DNA of 62,438 bases, counting the filler, from Globobulimina sp. (Eukaryota): the NCBI GenBank assembly GCA_003354225.1. It is 37 parts of 37 records of this genome, joined end to end, with 100 filler letters (N's around TTAATTAATTAA, not from the genome) between each part and the next. Parts side by side here need not be neighbours in the genome. Positions count along the whole stretch, not along the records: positions 59,161 to 60,749 come from PIVH01014444.1; positions 60,850 to 62,438 come from PIVH01014445.1; 35 more parts are not named here. The stretch is one strand, 5' to 3'. Made by a program: the position numbers and the translations under genes. The notes beneath the pieces were generated by a model, which was given only the letters and a program-made list of their open reading frames with translations, did not search any database and had not been told where the DNA came from. Below are positions 59,696 through 62,438 of this stretch, one piece after another (within the stretch, counting starts at the first letter, position 1; each line of letters begins with the position of its first letter).

Positions 59696-60749
59696 TCAGT
59701 GTTTCCAAATAGATAAAAACTTCGGAATCCATGGATCACACTTTTCAACTTTTGCGTGATAACAGACCTCCTCTGTTTTTGCAATATCTATTTCCAATTC
59801 CAAGTCCACATTGCAATGAGCGAACAATTTCAAATTCCGAAAATTCCGATTTGAGCCAGTAAACAATAACGGACTGCTCCAACCTGTAAATGTATCCTTG
59901 CAATCTTCATCGTGTATGACCTGATTATAACTCACAATGTTGCACCGTGGCAACAGTTGATTCTTTCCCACCGCATACATTCCATACCATCCCCACGAAT
60001 ATATAGATTTCATATACAATTTCACAAAAATATCTATTTGAATTATATAATAGAAACACGTTGCAATTTCATATTGTTTCACAACATACATTTTGGGAAA
60101 ATTGTTGGTTGTTTGAAAATGTCGGCCACTACAAACCCTTTGCTGCTCCACAATGCGCAGTTGCCTCTTTCATATGCTTTCGTGAAGAACGGTATTCGAA
60201 TCCAGCCCGGCAAGCCAAGCAAATTAAATGTGACTTCTTTTTTGTTGAGTTCCCGTTGCTGCAAAGTCAAGAAATATTCGTGTAGCTGATCAATTTTGTC
60301 CGTGGGATAATTTTCCAAACGGAATCCGATGATGCTTCTATTAAAAACACCGCCCTGTTCGCTGCCTAACTCGCAAGTTACGCACGGGTCACCAAACAAA
60401 TAGTCCGTGGGCTCCAGGAAGTTCACCATTCGCGCACCTGGTTTGCCGACGATATTCATGATATGTTGCGTCCCATCACTTGTGGTGTAACGTACTGCAG
60501 AGTGGCCATATGGATTTGAGGATGAATATACTCCTTTTCCTAGGAACCATATTCTAGCCAATGACATGGATACAACTGGGACAACATATAGGTATTCCAG
60601 CGATGGTGGTGTTTTCACACCTAATTTGCTGTCGATTTCATTTAAAACAGATTTGATGTTAACAACAGGTCGGTAATTTGTCGCAACGTTCAGTTTCTTT
60701 TGTAATTTCTGTGTGCTGTTGACTGGGTGTTTGCGTTTGTTTTGGTTTG
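59696..60749 (-). CDS. Hypothetical spliced protein (intron at about 60035-60089), 5'-partial
   Basis: ORFs 60079-60618 and 59696-60151 can be joined through a GTATGT..TAG intron. YGHSAV and GNCALW motifs are present. Confidence 0.5.
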
Positions 60750-60849
60750 NNNNNNNNNNNNNNNNNNNNNNNNNNNNNNNNNNNNNNNNNNNNTTAATTA
60801 ATTAANNNNNNNNNNNNNNNNNNNNNNNNNNNNNNNNNNNNNNNNNNNN

Positions 60850-62414
60850 TATTTTTTGAATTAAATCAATCAATGCTTTCAACTCATTTTTAGTATCACC
60901 CAATCCATCCACCAATTTTCTTTTTTCCTGACTTGAATCATCATAATCATTTGCTACAATTCCTACCAATTCCCTCCAATCATTATTATTACTCACCAAA
61001 TTATCCCGAATCGCTCTCACTTTCTCCGTATTCCCATCCAATTTCTCCTTCTCTTTACTCTCAATATCATAGCCATCCTCTTCTTCCTCCTCCTTCTTTT
61101 CCAAAACCTCCTTAAATTCCCCCTCAACTTCGCCATGCCGTTGACCCACACTCTTATTCAACGCGTCATAACCTTCAGTTTCGTCCCTTTTATCCACATA
61201 AAATGTATTATTCACCACATTTAAATCCGTGATTCTCGCTTTCAACTCTTTAATATAATAATCATAGATTCCAATCAAGTCATTGAATAACTCTCCATTT
61301 TTAGCCATGGCTCCCGATAAATTATTGAGCCACAACATCCATCGGTCATTATTCGCTTTCATCTGATCAATATCCTCCTGTTCTGCATGCAATTCATCCT
61401 CTAATTTATTCACAATATCTTCGCCTCGTCGCCCGATATTTAATATAAATTGTTTCACTTCAGACACCGGGTCGGGATATTTATCGCCATCGCTTACAAT
61501 CTCTTTCATTCTCTCAATGTCGTCCGTCCGATCATCCATTTCCTTCTTCAAATAAACTAATTGTGCCGCCAATGCCGCATCATCTGCCCCATCAATACTG
61601 TCTTGTGTAGGCAGTCCCAAATAGTCCGATTTGGGTGTTTTCCCACCGGATTTAGTCGGCGTTTTACCACCGGACTTTTTCCCACTTTTCCCACTCGATT
61701 TATCAGTCAGTTTTGGTGTTTTCCCACCCGCACTTCTCGGCGTTTTACCACTCGCACTGTCACTGGAAACATTGCTAGATTTTGAATCCAGTGCTAATTG
61801 CTCCAATGAATAATCTCCATCCACGTCACCGACATCTTCATCCATATCAAAAGCATCGTCATCGCTGTCCATATCCTTATAATCATCGCCTGTACCCAAC
61901 GCATTTTGATCCGCTTCAAATTCTGCCTGCAACTCTTGCATAAACGCCTCCATTTCATCCAACTGATCGCCTTTGGATTTCTTTCCTTTTTTCCTCTTTT
62001 TCCCACCATCATCGTCATCGTCATCCTCCTCATTGTCTAACACCACAATTTCCACGTCTTTCAACACAATGACGCCGCCATCGCGCGACTTGACTTTGAT
62101 TTTCTTTTTAAATTTCAATTTGCCTTTTTTCCCACCGCCCTCTCGATACTGTTTAATCTGTTTCACGTCGTCTAAGAATACGTATTTTATCAAAAGCCTT
62201 TCTTTTTAAGTGCGTCTTCCTGTTTTTTGATCCATTTCTGCCGCGAGGACCGAAACGATTTAATACATCGTTGAAACCATCGCCGTTTTTTATTTAATTC
62301 AATCATTAACATTTTGATCTGCTTTTTGAGCATTTTATTCTCGCGAAGAAGGTTTCGAATACGTGGATCTTCGCCTTTTTCCTTGCGACCTATGTCAATG
62401 TGCAGTGATTGCAA
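60850..62414 (-). CDS. Acidic coiled-coil protein with SGGKTP repeats (homopolymer frameshift at about 62205)
   Basis: 463-aa ORF plus an upstream 74-aa ORF overlapping at an A-run. GKTP occurs four times, with heptad repeats. Confidence 0.65.
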
Positions 62415-62438
62415 TTATGCATTGCGCAAAATAGCAAT

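Noticed and set aside
1593-60849. Regularly spaced TTAATTAATTAA as a repeat array or CRISPR-like structure
   Set aside because: It is always embedded in N runs and is a synthetic six-frame-stop linker.
1-62438. Operon or gene-cluster reading of neighbouring genes (e.g. LanC with transporters, PPR-DYW with Tim10)
   Set aside because: The genes lie on separate contigs ordered by length, so adjacency across linkers is arbitrary.

Overview
This window is not one locus. It is a pseudo-scaffold of 37 unrelated contigs of about 1.59 kb each, in roughly decreasing length, joined by N44-TTAATTAATTAA-N44 linkers, so adjacency across linkers means nothing. Most contigs are AT-rich eukaryotic nuclear DNA with short GT-AG introns. 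The divergent alpha-tubulin (C-terminal DLAFLEKDYLDVL) and the gene styles suggest a foraminiferan (Rhizaria), probably from an amplified single-cell library, given the chimeric junctions, frameshifts and stray stops. Recognisable genes include a GH3 glycosidase, EXD2, GlnRS, a phosducin-like protein, alpha-tubulin, a LanC-like protein, an AlkB-like enzyme, a ZIP transporter, SMC6, a bromodomain-ET protein, TRM11, a glutathione peroxidase, a trithorax-like PHD protein, PITH, BAR-PH and Tim10. The highlights are: (1) a land-plant-style PLS-PPR-E1-E2-DYW RNA-editing deaminase with an intact Zn site and an unusual PG box; (2) a UGA-selenocysteine GPx with a non-canonical SECIS-like hairpin; (3) a giant-virus contig (TFIIB + glycosyltransferase); (4) a decayed Crypton-type tyrosine recombinase; (5) a signal-peptide-bearing LanC-like protein; (6) two ADP-ribosyltransferase-like proteins; (7) a viral-type HNH endonuclease remnant; (8) several MITE-like inverted repeats. 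All calls come from motif recognition by eye; no searches were run.
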